Shown: positions 62,062 through 64,000 of the stretch, piece by piece
Numbering within the stretch: position 1 is the stretch's first letter
Layout: each line of letters opens with the position of its first letter
Assembly (NCBI GenBank): GCA_000708835.1
Contig: DF237410.1
Location: 1 to 64,000 of the forward strand
Source: Klebsormidium nitens
Taxonomy: Eukaryota; Plantae; Klebsormidiophyceae
Direction: 5' to 3'
DNA: 64,000 nucleotides
Made by a program: the position numbers and the translations under genes
The notes under the pieces: generated by a model
The model's database searches: none
Seen by the model: the letters and a program-made list of their open reading frames with translations, nothing else
Told to the model about the DNA's origin: nothing

Positions 62062-64000
62062 GTTGCCAGCAAGAGGCACGTTGATCGAATTACTGGGAGA
62101 CTTTTCTGACGGCTGCCCAATAGACTAGTAAGGTGAAGGTGCTTACCAACCAAAGCGGCCAAAAATCTGCTCAGCTAGTGGGATCTGCTTCTCTGCTTCT
62201 CAGCTTGCGGAAACACTGATATACACCAGCTGCAAATCAACGTTGACAAGATGACTAAGCTGACTGTAGCAATTACAAGTGAAACTCGATTGTAGACAAA
62301 ACTTTTATCTACCAAAGGAGAGAGTCGGCCTTGCCGGGGTAACTTCTCGATCGTCCCCTCATCGTCAGACTGGTCACTCAGTGGTGCAACACAAGGGCCC
62401 TGGCCCCCGAGTACTTATTGCTTGCCAATACGGCCCCACACTTGCTCAGTTACTTCAAATAGATCCGTCAGCGGGCTGCCAAGAAGTTTTCGGGCAATCG
62501 TATAAATGATACAAATCCTGTTTTTCAGCCTTTCCGAAGCAGTTTTGACAAGGGGAAATCGGAATAAAGTTGCTAAAAATGATATCTGACATTTTTGCAA
62601 AGCTCTTTTCTTTGTCGACTTGCTTCGAAGGAACACTACTAGATAATGCTGATGGTTGATCTTGACAAAGTTTAATACGGTAAGCGAATGCAGCCTGGCA
62701 GTCTTCTCGGCCAGTGTACGGTAGAGGTCGGGTCGAAAATTGCTGGCAGTACTAGGTGCCGGCCGAATGGCGCCACGCCGTGCCGGCCAGAAGCTCGAGA
62801 CCGTCGATTTGGTCGTCAATGACGGGTAACCATCGATCTTCGGGAGCGGCAATCTTCTTCTAGCAGAATGCATTAGCTCATGGTGTCGCATTCTTTCCTT
62901 GAAGCCTTGCATTGGCTCCATTTAATGAGAGCACCCTCGCAGCGACAGTGGCCGGAATTCTTTTGCGTGGAGGTACCTTCTTCCCACAGAAAAAGGCGGG
63001 CCCAAGAATGAAGCTGATTATAAGGAACCCTCCTAGTCGAAGGGTTTGCAGAACGGCCTCTACACAGTCCCATGTACATGCTAGCTTAGACATAGGATCT
63101 TGGTAGACTAGACTAATCCGAGTGACAATATTCCATATACCATGCACGGAACCTGGCAATTTCGTCTCGTAGATTTAGATTCATATCGAGCTCGTTAAGC
63201 GCGCACTTTGCGTGCATGGGCTAGGAGTAGGATCATTTGAGAATCCTAACTACCAAGTAAACAACCCATGCACCCGTATTGATTGAGCGATCGGTTGTTA
63301 CGTGCACAATTCTCATCTTCTACTCGAATTAGAGGAAAATTAACATGGAGATTTGTTTGCATGGGGTGATCTTTTCAACAAGCTAGATATTGTTCTAAGC
63401 TGCATGTAAAGCAAAGGCCGTTTGGGTCAAGGGAGCAATCGTTTAACCAACCAAACAATTACGAATAGAATTTCCTCTAACTTTAGATTGACGGCCGGAG
63501 GGCCACCCAGTTCCTTCAACTGGTGCCAGCCCAACGAGCCACCCGACCATGACCGTTGGTGCCCAACTCGACGCCTCATAATTAACCAGGACTTTCGACC
63601 AAGCTCGCTTAATTAGGTGCTTAAAGATCAGAGCACATGTATATGCATTTTATAGTTCGTAGTACGTTGAACTCCGCTCATTCGGGATCCCGAGCTGAGA
63701 TTTGGTCGGATGCGGCGCAGTAAAACGGCCCGGTTATTGTAGGCTTTTATCGCAGCCTTCTTGGGGCCCCGCTTGCCAGGGGGTGCATTCCCATTCCGCT
63801 ACGGCACACTACAATACGTAGTAGGAGTGGCTTTTGGCATGCCATCTTCTTGCTGTGTGCTTTGTGTTTGCGCGCGGGCTGTCAGTCGAAAACAAGATCT
63901 CGAAATTTTGGAAGGAACCAATACAAGAAATGGTCCAGAAGCTTGCTGTAATATACAATGACCGACACAGACTGGACAGCGCGTGACCCTTTCAACGTGT

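Noticed and set aside
63380-63620. Possible third, inverted copy of the 29-230 repeat
   Set aside because: There are only short gapped matches (TCGTAAT.GTT, TGGTTGGT, CAATA.CT.GC) and the block order is partly inconsistent. A real alignment is needed.

Overview
Eukaryotic nuclear DNA from the green lineage, with spliceosomal introns, plastid-type transit peptides and a plant-type arginine decarboxylase. The organism is probably a streptophyte alga of the Klebsormidium type; this is inference only. Bases 1-7900 are decayed transposon sequence: a Ty1/copia gag-pol fragment, an unidentified repeat present twice, and a MITE-like foldback. The rest is gene-dense, with 12 multi-exon genes reconstructed by hand from GT/GC-AG splice sites. 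In order they are ABCB (-), UROD/HEME (+), RPL13 (-), RPS16 (+), MBL-fold hydrolase (-), DnaJ-Zn-finger/DUF2389 protein (+), MIC19-like twin-Cx9C protein (-), then a 777-N gap with TE debris, SOUL haem-binding protein (-), DUF4504 (+), ADC (-), PhyH-family dioxygenase (+) and CobW/COG0523 GTPase (-). The main points of interest are five successive head-to-head gene pairs, one of which (RPL13/RPS16) is the same divergent pair found in yeasts; four intron positions shared between the two NBDs of the ABCB gene; an intron-rich ADC with a GC-AG intron; and a DUF2389 domain set between DnaJ-type zinc-finger repeats. I saw no rRNA, tRNA or CRISPR array. Family assignments come from recognising motifs from memory; no database search was run.
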